Of a stretch of DNA of 64,000 bases, positions 9,783-20,188 are shown piece by piece. Source of the stretch: Nitrosopumilus sp. (GTDB lineage: Archaea; Thermoproteota; Nitrososphaeria; Nitrososphaerales; Nitrosopumilaceae). The stretch is from contig OZ243974.1 in assembly GCA_965214775.1 (NCBI GenBank), forward strand, positions 992,001-1,056,000, given 5' to 3'. Every line of letters begins with the position of its first letter. Position 1 is the stretch's first letter. The position numbers were made by a program, and so were the translations under genes. Under the pieces are notes generated by a model, which saw only the letters and a list, made by a program, of their open reading frames with translations, was not told the DNA's origin and did not search any database.

Positions 9783-10439
9783 CTATCTTTTGGATTTTGC
9801 CAATGCAATTGCCGCAATTGCAATTGCCGCAATTCCGACCACGATTCCCGCATACCCAACGTACGTTTGCGGTTTAGAATTTTCAAGTTCGTTGACTGAT
9901 TCTTTTAGATCGCTGATGTCAGAAATCAGAGCCGTGTGCCCGTCAATTATTTGGGTAATTGTAAGATCAGATGGTTCTGGAAACTCGATGTAAGAGCGTT
10001 CGGCAACTTTGGGAGGGTGCATCGACAGGCTGATCGGTGTTTCTTCAATAGTGCCTAGCACGTTTGCCTGATAGAACCCCGAAACGGTCGGATTCACAAA
10101 GGCATAGTACTTGCCGGGAATGTCATGGTCCGGTGCCAGAGGAAGGGTGATGCTGTCGGCTTTGTAAATCAATTTCATCTTTACGGTATCCTTCAATCCA
10201 GGAATCCCATTTTGGAACGGCTGTGATTTTGCACACTTGATTGGTTCGGCAATATCCGGACACGGAATTAGCGGATTGACGTAAAATTCAATCGCGTTGG
10301 TTTCTCCAGAAACAACCGGCTCATTCATCCAACCAATTTCAACTCGATAATTACCCACAGCGTCTACTGTATGAGCATGAGCTGTTCCGGCAAACCCCGG
10401 CACAAGTAAAAGAAACAACACAAGGTACTTTGTTTTCAA
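9783..10439 (-). CDS. Secreted, C-terminally anchored hypothetical protein
   Basis: Signal peptide (AHA-H), C-terminal TM plus basic tail. Confidence 0.75.
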   Translation of the reverse strand: MKTKYLVLFLLLVPGFAGTAHAHTVDAVGNYRVEIGWMNEPVVSGETNAIEFYVNPLIPCPDIAEPIKCAKSQPFQNGIPGLKDTVKMKLIYKADSITLPLAPDHDIPGKYYAFVNPTVSGFYQANVLGTIEETPISLSMHPPKVAERSYIEFPEPSDLTITQIIDGHTALISDISDLKESVNELENSKPQTYVGYAGIVVGIAAIAIAAIALAKSKR

Positions 10440-10510
10440 TACAGAAAAAATCCCTGATGATTTTAAAAACGTTCTACCTGTTTCTCAGATAATTTTGATG
10501 TTTGTACCAG

Positions 10511-11959
10511 CTAGGCGTCTGCATACATTGACACTTCCCAAGCAGTGGGCGTTTGTGCAAATGCCGTGTATTCCTTGTATTTTAGCTCAGAATAAACGTC
10601 AAGGAAATCTTTTGTAAATACCTCGTCCAAAAAGGAGGAATCGCTTGAAAGCGAGTCCAATGCGCCTTTCAAGGATACGGGCAACGAGCCAATGTTGTAT
10701 TCGCGCTTCTTTTCCGGAGTAAGTTTGTAAACATTTTCTTCAATAGGATCACCGGGATCAATTTTGTTCTTGATTCCGTCTAATCCTGCCAGGAGCAAGG
10801 CTGCTTCTAGGAGATAGATGTTTGCAGTCGGATCAGGGACCCTGTATTCAAGCCGTTTGCTCTTTTCTTGGTTTCTGTTATACATTGGGACGCGAATTGC
10901 AGCTGAACGGTTGGCCAGCCCCCAGCATACGTTGACTGGAGCCTCGAATCCGGGAACCAGTCGTTTGTAGGAGTTTGTCGTAGGATTTGAAATTGCACAC
11001 AGGGCCGATGCGTGACTAAGAATTCCGCCAATGTAGTATCTTCCGGTCTGGCTCATCTGTGCCAGCTTGTCATCCTGATCGTACATCGCATTTGAATCAC
11101 CGTTCCAAAGGCTTTGATGGGTATGCATTGCAGATGCGTTGTCGCCAAAAATCGGTTTTGGCATAAAAGTTGCAACCTTGTCCTTTCTTTTTGCCTTGAC
11201 TTTAACCAAGTTTTTCACGCCAATGACATTGTCAGCCATTGCAATCATTTCGTCGTATACAAGGTTAATCTCGCACTGTCCGGATGTAGCTACCTCGTGA
11301 TGTTCTGCCTCAATCTTGATTGAAAAATAGTTGTACAAATCATCGCAGACGTCTTTTCTGAAACCTTCAAGAGTGTCCTTTGGTTGTGACGGGTAGTATC
11401 CCTCCTTGATATCAATTGCCGTGCTGACATTGCCTTTTGCCCAAGGGGATTCCTTTGATTCAATTGAATATCCTGAACCGCCATACGAATGGGTAGCAGC
11501 ATATGGAGAAGGATACACGTTGATTGTGTCAAACACAAAAAATTCTATTTCGGGGCCCCAGTTTGCATGGGTAAGTCCCAATCCCTTTAACTTTTCAGAG
11601 GCCTTGAATGCAATGCCTCTTGAATCCCTGTTGTATCTGGAATCTTCAGAGGTGCTTCCATCATACAAATCACAAAATATGCGAGCATTTTTTCTGTTGC
11701 CGGGATCATAATCCGGCGGAAGGATTTTAAACGAATTGGGATCCGGCATGAGAATCATATCAGAATTGTTGACTGATTTAAAGCCAACAATGGAACTTGC
11801 ATCTAGTTTTTCAAGGCCGTTGACGAAGCTGTTTTCATCAATTGCGTAACTTGGCATTCCTACATTGTGCAGTTCCCCAAAAATATCTACAAACCAAAAA
11901 TCAACAAATGAGATTTCCTCGTCCTTTATGGCCTGTAATACTTGATCTGAGCTGTTCAA
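10511..11959 (-). CDS. glnA: Glutamine synthetase type I
   Basis: GPEIEFF, HHEVATSGQCE, TFMPKP, LVPGFEAP, NRSAAIRVP, RLEYRVPD. Confidence 0.96.
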   Translation of the reverse strand: MNSSDQVLQAIKDEEISFVDFWFVDIFGELHNVGMPSYAIDENSFVNGLEKLDASSIVGFKSVNNSDMILMPDPNSFKILPPDYDPGNRKNARIFCDLYDGSTSEDSRYNRDSRGIAFKASEKLKGLGLTHANWGPEIEFFVFDTINVYPSPYAATHSYGGSGYSIESKESPWAKGNVSTAIDIKEGYYPSQPKDTLEGFRKDVCDDLYNYFSIKIEAEHHEVATSGQCEINLVYDEMIAMADNVIGVKNLVKVKAKRKDKVATFMPKPIFGDNASAMHTHQSLWNGDSNAMYDQDDKLAQMSQTGRYYIGGILSHASALCAISNPTTNSYKRLVPGFEAPVNVCWGLANRSAAIRVPMYNRNQEKSKRLEYRVPDPTANIYLLEAALLLAGLDGIKNKIDPGDPIEENVYKLTPEKKREYNIGSLPVSLKGALDSLSSDSSFLDEVFTKDFLDVYSELKYKEYTAFAQTPTAWEVSMYADA

Positions 11960-12054
11960 CCATTAATTTTAGGAAATCGGTTTACTAATGCTAGTTAGTA
12001 AGATAGATTTGTCAATATGGTCAGGTAAATTATAAGATTATTCGTAGCAGCTTG

Positions 12055-12245
12055 GGCCCTGGAAGGTCAGGCGTGAGTTTTGCCGCCAGTGAAGAATGCC
12101 GATCAAGGAATGTGCCCAAAACGGTCTTCCAGTGTGTGCAGTTGAAATCTGGACATTTTTTATCAAAATAGGCACGATATGTCAAAACTACGGTCCGTTT
12201 TTTGATGTGCACACTACGGAACTGCTTTTAGAACCCGATCAGTTA
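12055..12245. mobile_element. MITE family G/F copy interrupted by MITE family D (12131-12216)
   Basis: Reverse complement of 9584-9690, split at CGGTCTTCC|...|GGAACTG by an 86-bp D element. Confidence 0.75.
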
Positions 12246-13595
12246 TTGATTATTGGCCCTTGATGCCTTGAACTGCTCTAATTCCTCTTCAAAAAAGAAT
12301 TTTTCGCCGGATGCAGGCCTGAGATCATCTAACCAGATAGCATTTTCGTCATATTTTGCAAAGAATGGCTTGTGGGCCCAGTCCGGGTTTCTTCCCTGCA
12401 AAAATCTCAAAACCAGCAGCTTTTCCCCATCAAGTTCTGCGGTACCTGCAACCTGGACTTTGCCAGGCGTTGCAGACATACTTGGGCCCCTGACGGTTCT
12501 GGCCAAGCCGCTTACCGAAGAATATGCCTTGATGAAAATTTCATATGCCCTAACCAGGGGAACCCCAAAGTAATGCTGGGCCCCCGTATCCCTAACTACA
12601 AACATATAGTATGGAATGCAGCCTAGCTGAACCTGTCTTCTCCACATTTCTGCCCACATTTCTGCATCGTCGTTGATGTGGGCCAGGATCGGTGACTGTG
12701 TCCGTATCTGGGCTCCCGTCTTTCTTACTTGTTTGATTGCAGCCTTTACTGCAGGCGTTGATAGTTCGTTTAGGTGATTAAAGTGGGCCATAAATGCCAG
12801 ATGCAGGCCGCTGTCAGTAATTTTTGCAAAGGTGTCCAGCATTTCTTGAGAGTCTGAATCCGTCAAAAATTTGTAAGGCCAGTATGACAGTGCTTTTGTC
12901 CCAATTCTTATTGTTTTAAGGTTTGGAGGTTTTGCCTCAATTAGCGTATCGACGTATTTTGAGAAAATTTTTGCCTTCATAATCATTGGATCACCGCCGG
13001 TAAACAGAATGTCGGTGATTTCAGGATGTTCTGAAACATATTGGACAAGCTGCTGGCCTTCCTGCATTGCAAATTTCATCTCGTCCATTCCGACAAATTG
13101 CGGCCATCTAAAGCAGAAACTGCAATATGCGTGACATGTCTGGCTTTGGCTTGGGAAAAACAGGCATGTCTCTTTGTATTTGTGCTGCATCCCATACAGC
13201 TTTGTTCCGTCATTAAGAGCAGGAACATTCAGTTCCATTTGCCCGGCAGGATGCGGGTTTAGCTGCAGGCGAATTTGGTTTGCAACCTCTGCGATTTCCT
13301 TTTTATCAGAAGTGTTTTTCAGCGTTGTTTCCATCAGCTTGTAGTGTTCCGGTTTTAGCATTCCTTTTTGAGGAAATGTCAGGACATACATCGGATCAGT
13401 TGGAATTTTTCCCCAGTCAATCAGCTGCTCGACGACGTAGTTGTTTGCCTTGAAGGGGAGGACATTTCCTACAACCTCCATTTCAATTTTTTTTTCTTCA
13501 GGAAGTTTTTCAATCTGTGGAATGTCCCTAAAGTTTGCCAGAGTATACGATTTTAAAGACGGGGATTCATCCCATGCTGATTCCTGATAGGTCAT
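12243..13595 (-). CDS. KamA-family radical SAM protein (lysine 2,3-aminomutase-like)
   Basis: CHAYCSFCFR (CxxxCxxC), ILFTGGDPMI, IRIGTK, HFNH. Confidence 0.88.
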   Translation of the reverse strand: MTYQESAWDESPSLKSYTLANFRDIPQIEKLPEEKKIEMEVVGNVLPFKANNYVVEQLIDWGKIPTDPMYVLTFPQKGMLKPEHYKLMETTLKNTSDKKEIAEVANQIRLQLNPHPAGQMELNVPALNDGTKLYGMQHKYKETCLFFPSQSQTCHAYCSFCFRWPQFVGMDEMKFAMQEGQQLVQYVSEHPEITDILFTGGDPMIMKAKIFSKYVDTLIEAKPPNLKTIRIGTKALSYWPYKFLTDSDSQEMLDTFAKITDSGLHLAFMAHFNHLNELSTPAVKAAIKQVRKTGAQIRTQSPILAHINDDAEMWAEMWRRQVQLGCIPYYMFVVRDTGAQHYFGVPLVRAYEIFIKAYSSVSGLARTVRGPSMSATPGKVQVAGTAELDGEKLLVLRFLQGRNPDWAHKPFFAKYDENAIWLDDLRPASGEKFFFEEELEQFKASRANNQ

Positions 13596-13816
13596 TTAGA
13601 GAATGGTGCGCCTGCCCTTTGTTAAAGGTTACAGGCTCGCTAGCTTGTTGCACAGCCGTGCCTGAACGAGTAAAAACAGCCAAGTTTTGTGCCTGAAACC
13701 GGGATTGTGCAACAGACTGGGCCCATCACGCACAGATTTTCTTAAATAATGATAATATGGGTTAAGGTTTGTATTCTAGGAGATGGGTTGGAGTAAAATG
13801 ATGGTGGTTCGTTGAG

Positions 13817-15556
13817 ATGGCCGAAGAGGAATTATCGCAGATTTCAGCAGGAGAGTTTGAAACGGTTTCCCAACTTTTGGCGTCTTCAGAAGCCTTGCAG
13901 ATGGCATTCTTGATAATGATCGTGGGAATTATCGGAATTGCAATCGGCTATAGAAAATTTTCGTCATGGGTCGGTTCACAAAAGATCTACTACACCAGAC
14001 CCCACCTGTCTAGATTTGTACGAAGGGTAATGCTTCCGTTTTTTGCCATAGCGTTAATCACTGCAATTAACGTGCATATTCAAACGGGTGTCTTGCTTGG
14101 GGAGGATCTGGCAGTCACGACAAGCCAGAACGTGTCTGCCGAAGAGACGTTTGCAAAAATTTTGAATACGTTTAACATCATAGTTATCGGATATACCGTC
14201 TCGCATCTGATACCAATAGGCCTAACAAAGCGTGAGAAATCAATTCTGGAAAAGGGGGATTTTGACGGATGGTTTGAATTACGTGGGTTTGTGGATGACG
14301 ATGACGGCCTGTTTCACAGGTTGTACAAGTGGGTTCCGCCAAAGATAAAACCCGAGGAGATTGACGGGGAGGAATTCGAGGAAAGATTAAAGACGCCAGA
14401 AGGTCACGAATTTTTGGAGAACTTTAGAACAATCAAGGGAAACCCGATAGGAGGATATGAGAAGCTAGTCGAGGATCCATTCGAGGAATGGAAGAAATCT
14501 GAAAGAACAAAGTATGAAAGATACTTTGAGAATTGTGTTACCGGGAACAACCAATCTGGAAGAAAGTTAAGGCCCGGGGCAAAGCCCGATGAGATTTTTC
14601 CCATTGATGTCTGGAGGGAAGAGAAAAGGATTCACGGGTATGAACCGATTATTCCAAGCAATCGCCCGCCAGGATATGCAAAGAGGAAAAGGGAGGGCAT
14701 TCCAAAGTCTGCAAAACAGATCATCCCGGTAGGAATTTTTATTGCAACGATTTTGGGAATCGTTGCATGGTGGGGGGTAGATTTGTTTCTGCTGGCAACT
14801 GCAACCGGCGGGCTTGCAATTGGTCTGGGCTTGGCCTTGCAAGAGACCATGCAGAACTATTTTGCGTACATCTTTATCAGAAAGGACAAGATTTTCGTCG
14901 AGGGCGAGCGGGTAAAGCTGGATACTGGATACAACGGATACGTGCACAAGATCACGCCCAGGGTCACCTATGTCAGAGACGCGCTCAACGAGTCAATGGC
15001 AATCATTCCTACAAGGCAGCTGGTGAATGCCCAAATCGTCAATTACACGCAGGGCGTCAAGATGGTGCCTGCAGTTGTTGAGGTGGGCGTGTCATATCTC
15101 AACGATCCAAAACAGGTTTCTGCAATTCTTGTAAAAGTTGGCAAGCGCGCAATGAAAGAGGTGGTAGATGCCAAGGGCAGGCACCTGATCAGGCAGAGAA
15201 GATGCCCATACCTGGAAAAGAACAGGCCAAGCTGCGGATGTGACAAGGACATTCACGTTGATATCAATCAACCGGTTGTAAGATTCAATCAGTTCAATGA
15301 CTCGTCATTGGACTTTTCGTTATGGGTTTACGTAAGAGATTACGGAGCCCAGTTCAAGACCAAGACAGACATGAGAATCATCATGTACGAGGAATTCAAG
15401 AGATACGACATAAGAATCCCATGGCCGATCAGAACGGTATACCAGGGTGATGAAAAACGCGAACAGGAGGAGATTGACAGGCTTGCCAAAGAAAGAGACG
15501 GGGTCATCGATGAGTTTGGAACAGGCGATATCGGTCATGGCAGCGGTGAGGATTAG
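13817..15556 (+). CDS. MscS mechanosensitive channel with large cytoplasmic insert
   Basis: GLGLALQETMQNY, VEVGVSY, FNDSSLDF, IRIPWP. Confidence 0.9.
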   Translation: MAEEELSQISAGEFETVSQLLASSEALQMAFLIMIVGIIGIAIGYRKFSSWVGSQKIYYTRPHLSRFVRRVMLPFFAIALITAINVHIQTGVLLGEDLAVTTSQNVSAEETFAKILNTFNIIVIGYTVSHLIPIGLTKREKSILEKGDFDGWFELRGFVDDDDGLFHRLYKWVPPKIKPEEIDGEEFEERLKTPEGHEFLENFRTIKGNPIGGYEKLVEDPFEEWKKSERTKYERYFENCVTGNNQSGRKLRPGAKPDEIFPIDVWREEKRIHGYEPIIPSNRPPGYAKRKREGIPKSAKQIIPVGIFIATILGIVAWWGVDLFLLATATGGLAIGLGLALQETMQNYFAYIFIRKDKIFVEGERVKLDTGYNGYVHKITPRVTYVRDALNESMAIIPTRQLVNAQIVNYTQGVKMVPAVVEVGVSYLNDPKQVSAILVKVGKRAMKEVVDAKGRHLIRQRRCPYLEKNRPSCGCDKDIHVDINQPVVRFNQFNDSSLDFSLWVYVRDYGAQFKTKTDMRIIMYEEFKRYDIRIPWPIRTVYQGDEKREQEEIDRLAKERDGVIDEFGTGDIGHGSGED

Positions 15557-15604
15557 TAGCGGGCTTCTCAAAACTTAAGAAACCCAACGGGCCACAATTT
15601 TGTA

Positions 15605-16501
15605 TTGAAGAGTATTGTTTCTGTAATATCCGGAAAGACATCCGAAGAGCTGGCTAGAAGGATTTCAAGGAAAATCGGCGCCAATCTTGTAAAATCAGAG
15701 ATTCGGGCCTTTCCCGATGGCGAGTCAAAGATCACCGTATCAGGAAAGATTTCCAAGAAAAGATCTGTAGTTGTCCAATCGATTTTTCCGCCGGTGGATA
15801 CAAACCTGATTCATGCGTTATCGTTGATTGCCAAGGCAAAGGAGACATCATCAAAAGTGACAGCTGTCATTCCATACATGGGATATGCCAGGCAGGACAG
15901 GGAATTTCTTCCCGGCGAAATTGTTACAATGAAAGTCCTGGCTAAATTGTTCAGGGGGGCAGGGGCATCAGACATCGTATCAGTGGACATTCACAGCCTG
16001 GTTGGAATCAAACACTTTAGGATCAGGGTCAAAAACGTAAGCGCGGTTCGGGATTTGGCGGAATATTTCAAAAAAATGAGGCTGAAAGACCCTCTTGTCG
16101 TTTCGCCGGATCAGGGCGGAAAAGACAGGGCAGAAGAGTTTGCCGGGGAACTAGGCTCGGGGTTTATTGCACTTGAGAAGAAGCGGGACAGAAGGACTGG
16201 AAGGGTGCAGATCAGGACAAAGAATACGAGCAAGGCAGTAGTTGGGCGAGATCTGATTTTAGTTGACGACATGATCAGCACCGGTGGGAGTATTGTAAAG
16301 GCAACACAGTTTCTTAAAAAGCAAAAATGTAAGAGAATCTTTGTTGCGTGTACCCATGCTCTGCTGATAAACGGTGCGGAGGCAAAAATTAGGAAGGCCG
16401 GGGTCTCGAAAATTATCAGTGCAAACACCATACCGGGAAGGACATCAATAGTGGATGTTTCTGATTCGGTTGCAAAGGCAATAGCACAGTCAGCCAAGTG
16501 A
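15605..16501 (+). CDS. prs: Ribose-phosphate pyrophosphokinase
   Basis: FPDGES, PYMGYARQD, VSPDQGG, LVDDMISTGGS. Confidence 0.96.
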   Translation: MKSIVSVISGKTSEELARRISRKIGANLVKSEIRAFPDGESKITVSGKISKKRSVVVQSIFPPVDTNLIHALSLIAKAKETSSKVTAVIPYMGYARQDREFLPGEIVTMKVLAKLFRGAGASDIVSVDIHSLVGIKHFRIRVKNVSAVRDLAEYFKKMRLKDPLVVSPDQGGKDRAEEFAGELGSGFIALEKKRDRRTGRVQIRTKNTSKAVVGRDLILVDDMISTGGSIVKATQFLKKQKCKRIFVACTHALLINGAEAKIRKAGVSKIISANTIPGRTSIVDVSDSVAKAIAQSAK

Positions 16502-16662
16502 AAAGTACTAAAAAATCAAGTAAAAACAGAAGATGGGCAGAAGCACGATGCCTGAATATCAAGACAAAACAACAAACCTCATTTACTTTTTACTTAGCTG
16601 ATAATGCCAGAAAGTTTTTTCTGTATTAGCTAGAGAGCAATTGGAATCAGCTACATGTGAAA

Positions 16663-16871
16663 TAGACTTTATGTGTAATCGGCTTGAATGAGATGAATTT
16701 GTTCATAATAATCGTAATAGGATAGCCCCTGCCTAGGCGGCAATCAGGCACGAATCTGCCTGCAGTTGTGATTTTCATGCCTGAACAGACGGTGGGCATG
16801 ACTTTAACTCTAGGCAGGGACTAACCTATTACTAATAATCCTAGATCTGAACCGATTACGCATAAAGTCTA
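16663..16871. mobile_element. MITE family C host carrying a nested family G MITE (16714-16832)
   Basis: Outer TIR TAGACTTTATGYGTAATCG; inner TIR GTAATAGG...CCTATTAC flanked by 8-bp TSD TAATAATC; uninterrupted ~82-bp C copies at 21330 and 34152. Confidence 0.88.
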
Positions 16872-17327
16872 ATGGTTGCAACGACAAAAGTGTATGATCA
16901 GTTCTCTAAAACCGAAATAATTTCAAATTCAGTAACTGTCCAATCAAAAACCGGTCAGGAACAAACTTTAGGACGCGCATCTTTTCCCAAAAAATCAGGA
17001 CGCATATTAAGAAGAATGCCAAGATTGTCTCTCAGCGAAGAAGGATTTGAGGCACTAAAAATACCAACATTTGTGTGTAGAATAATCAGTTTGTCTTCAA
17101 ATCAATTTAGCGTTCAAGAATTGGAAAGTTCGATGGGAGACGACATGATTTCAAAATTTTTAAAAGCAAAAGCAAAGTCTGGCAATCCGGGCATCATTGT
17201 TTGTCTAACCTTTACGGATAAAGAAAGTTTCTTTGGATTTTCTAAAAAGAGCAACAGGACAGAAAGGCAAAAAAAGTGTAAAGTCATCCTAATGAATCCG
17301 TTGGAGGTCAACAGGAACCATGCTTAA
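16872..17327 (+). CDS. Hypothetical protein
   Basis: 151-aa ORF with no recognised motif. Confidence 0.35.
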   Translation: MVATTKVYDQFSKTEIISNSVTVQSKTGQEQTLGRASFPKKSGRILRRMPRLSLSEEGFEALKIPTFVCRIISLSSNQFSVQELESSMGDDMISKFLKAKAKSGNPGIIVCLTFTDKESFFGFSKKSNRTERQKKCKVILMNPLEVNRNHA

Positions 17328-17362
17328 TTTGATCGGATTAAAGAAAGGTTAGGTAGCATGGT

Positions 17363-17965
17363 TTAACATTTTAGTTGGATTTTACGTATTGTCTTTTCTC
17401 CAAAATCAGTGACATCTACTTGCTTTGGTCTGCCGTATTTTATTCTGTCGTCCGTATTCAACCATGACTTGATGTCTTGATACTTCTCTTCCTCAATTAT
17501 GATGCAATCTTTTGATGTGTGCTTTGACAATCTATCGCAAAGATTGACTGGAACTCCGTAAACATCTGGTTCTTTTGATGTCTTTATTTTTTCGATAGTT
17601 CCGGCCGTTATTGTTACTTTGGTGCATAATCCTTTCCCGTATTTTTTGAAATTGTGAATTATGTTTAGTGCAGACTGACATGCTTTTGGTGCGTTTTGAA
17701 ATGTTGCCAAAACTGCATCGCCTAATTCCTTTATGACAGTTCCATTGTTTTCTTCCACCAAATTACGGCACACCTTGTTGTGGTTTAGCATTTCCGTAAT
17801 CGTTTCTTCTTGATTTTTGATCATCTTCCTTGTTGACCCGGTAAGATCGAAATGCGTCACTGCACAAACGTTTCGTTCACGTTTTAGTTCTTTGACAAAT
17901 GCTTTTGCTTGGGATATTTTCTTTAGATGGTTTGAATCAAATGAATTTATGCTGTTGTTTGACAT
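17363..17965 (-). CDS. Stand-alone class III nucleotidyl cyclase
   Basis: HFDLTGST, IKELGDAVLA, DVYGVPVNLCDRL. Confidence 0.85.
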   Translation of the reverse strand: MSNNSINSFDSNHLKKISQAKAFVKELKRERNVCAVTHFDLTGSTRKMIKNQEETITEMLNHNKVCRNLVEENNGTVIKELGDAVLATFQNAPKACQSALNIIHNFKKYGKGLCTKVTITAGTIEKIKTSKEPDVYGVPVNLCDRLSKHTSKDCIIIEEEKYQDIKSWLNTDDRIKYGRPKQVDVTDFGEKTIRKIQLKC

Positions 17966-17987
17966 GGTGATTGTAATTTTAAATTGC

Positions 17988-18266
17988 TTATTTTAAAAGT
18001 AGTTGCAGATATATGCCATCAACAATTGTCAAATCAATTATTTTTTGCAGGTCGTCTTTTTTACCCGTCACATCAATTATTTTTTGCTGTACGTTGTTCT
18101 TTTCGCACCCCCACAGTTTTGATTTTGCCTTTATCTGCTTTTCTTTTGGGGGTTCCAAGTCCAAATTAAATCCAATCTTTTTAGAGTAATCTTGGATTAT
18201 GGATACGCTTTTCTGAATTTTTGAATCATCATAGCCTGTGAGAATTATTTGAGCTGTTTTGGTCAT
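17988..18266 (-). CDS. Divergent ribosomal protein uS10-like protein
   Basis: AQIILTGYDDSKIQKSVSII...G...QKIIDV...LQKIIDLTIVDGIYLQLLL follows the uS10 pattern with a shortened central loop. Confidence 0.55.
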   Translation of the reverse strand: MTKTAQIILTGYDDSKIQKSVSIIQDYSKKIGFNLDLEPPKEKQIKAKSKLWGCEKNNVQQKIIDVTGKKDDLQKIIDLTIVDGIYLQLLLK

Positions 18267-18441
18267 ATTCTATATTGTTTTCCTAAGATAAAATTATTGC
18301 TTTGTTTTATTTTAATTGAAGATTTTGTCAAATATGCCAACTAAGATTCCAATATTTGGAAATTATATAATCTTTTCAGATCAATCTGGACAAGTGTCTA
18401 GGTCACTTGGCAATCTAGGCGTGAAAATTCCATTCGGGTTT

Positions 18442-18552
18442 GTAACAGGTCGGGCTCTGGAAGCTGCTCCTGATTTTAGGCACGAATCTACACGGGAGAC
18501 CTCCCCGAGATAACAAAACTCGCGCCTGAACTTCCAGAGCCCGACCTGTTAC
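18442..18552. mobile_element. MITE family G (111 bp)
   Basis: Perfect 22-bp TIR GTAACAGGTCGGGCTCTGGAAG; 8-bp TSD TCGGGTTT. Confidence 0.92.
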
Positions 18553-18589
18553 TCGGGTTTGCTATTCGTGCCTAATTCAATGGACTACC

Positions 18590-18672
18590 TATAGCAACGA
18601 GCAGAAATAATTGGGGTTTTTTACGTGTAGTTATGACCTACTTTGACTCAAAGACTTCTGCCCGTTGCTATA
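18590..18672. mobile_element. MITE family B
   Basis: TIR TATAGCAACGRGCAGAA; copies at 1518 and ~38391-38563. Confidence 0.8.
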
Positions 18673-19070
18673 AACACTTGCCAATCGGGATAATGGGATG
18701 GCGCCTTCCTCTTAGAAGCAGGATTGATAAAAATCAAGCAGATGAGGATAGATTTCAATGAAGAGATGTGTGAAGTTTCTAAAGGAATGCCAAGGTAAAC
18801 GGCTGCAAAAATCAAAAGTCGTACAGGATGAACTTTGCAGACTAGCTGGGATTGGTAATGAATTTCAAGGAACTGTGACTGCTGATTTGCCCCACAAGGA
18901 ATCCAAAAGCAGTTAAAGATCCCAAAATTTGATAAAGGAGCCCTTTGACAACCCCAAAAAGAAGGGATTTGCAATCACGTTCAAAGGAGTCAGGAGAAGG
19001 ACTGGTTGAAGGGGTTCAAAAAATATCAAATCCATAGGCATAAAAGCTTGGCAGGGACAGTCTTGATAAA

Positions 19071-19970
19071 ATGAAATTGGTATTTTTGGGAACATCGGCT
19101 GCACAGCCTACAGAAGACAGAGGACTCTCATGCGTTTGTCTCGTGAGGGAAGGCGAGATCATCATGTTTGATGCAGGAGAAGCCGCGCAAATTTCGTACA
19201 TGAAGTCCGGATTGGGCTGGAACAGAAAAATGAAGATTTTTGTAACTCACCTGCACGGGGATCATTGCATAGGAATTCTGGGATTGTTACAAACAATGTC
19301 GATGCAAAAAAGAACAGAGACATTGGAAATTTTTGGGCCGGGAGGAATTGAGGAATTTGTTGCGGCAAACATCAAAATTTTAAATTTTGGCCTGTCATTT
19401 CCGGTTCTGATTAATACGGTCAAGGAAGGAAGGGTATTTGACGACGAAGGGTATTCAATGTATGCTTCAAAGGCAAATCACTCCGTCACAGCCTATTCCT
19501 ATAGGTTTGAAGAAAAAGACAAGCCCGGCAGATTCAATGTTGAAAAGGCAAAGGCACTGGAAATTCCTCGAGGAGAACTGTGGAACAAGCTGCAAAAGGG
19601 AAGAGAGATCCCAATCAATGACAAAGTTATCAGGCCTGATCAAGTTTTGGGAGAAAGACGTCCCGGTAAGAAAATTGGAGTTTCAGGAGATACGATTCCT
19701 ACAGAAGAGTTGGAGAGATTCTTCAAAGATTGCGATTACCTGGTGTTTGATTCGACGTTTTTGGAAGAAGAAGGCCAAAAGGCATCAGATACAGGTCATT
19801 CGACTGCAAAACAGGCAGCAACGTTAGCAAAAAATGCAAACGTAAAAAATCTAATTTTAACACACTTTTCTGCAAGATACAGGGATGAAACCGGCCATAT
19901 GCAAGAGGCAGCGCAAATACACGATTCGGTGATTGCTGCAAAAGATCTCTTGGAAATAGAGATCAAATGA
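19071..19970 (+). CDS. rnz: Ribonuclease Z
   Basis: [34 protein letters not shown]. Confidence 0.96.
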   Translation: MKLVFLGTSAAQPTEDRGLSCVCLVREGEIIMFDAGEAAQISYMKSGLGWNRKMKIFVTHLHGDHCIGILGLLQTMSMQKRTETLEIFGPGGIEEFVAANIKILNFGLSFPVLINTVKEGRVFDDEGYSMYASKANHSVTAYSYRFEEKDKPGRFNVEKAKALEIPRGELWNKLQKGREIPINDKVIRPDQVLGERRPGKKIGVSGDTIPTEELERFFKDCDYLVFDSTFLEEEGQKASDTGHSTAKQAATLAKNANVKNLILTHFSARYRDETGHMQEAAQIHDSVIAAKDLLEIEIK

Positions 19971-20002
19971 ATGCCTTTGAGCCAGTCAGAGAGAGGTTAC
20001 TA

Positions 20003-20130
20003 GGCATTCTTCCCGGAAGTTCCGCGTAAAACGGATCCAAATCTGACACAATTCAAACCAGGTAGCCTCCGGCTGCAGATCCTCCGCAGGTGGTTGCCGC
20101 CATCTGCACGGCGGCCACGAGTCAGGCACT
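20003..20130. repeat. Dispersed repeat/MITE family E (degenerate)
   Basis: TCTTCCCGGAAGTTCC...CTGCAGATCC core also at ~38566-38643, ~42695-42810 and ~45075-45192. Confidence 0.55.
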
Positions 20131-20188
20131 GCAAAGACCAATACAATGCCCATCCATCTCCTTGCATACCTGTCAAAGTCCCACTTAC

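Larger units (their letters stand above)
16604..19075 (+). pseudogene. Fragmented Trm11/TrmG10-like RNA methyltransferase (pieces ~16604-16662 and ~18690-19075) split by an accessory insertion
   Basis: 5' piece MPESFF(V)LAREQLE; 3' pieces GAFLLEAGLIKIK.MRIDFNEEMCEVSK (class I MTase-like) and [16 protein letters not shown] running into the rnz start; stops and frameshifts. Confidence 0.55.

Noticed and set aside
9584-12245. Composite transposon of inverted G/F MITEs carrying glnA
   Set aside because: No shared TSD at the outer ends, the copies are diverged, and the family is dispersed
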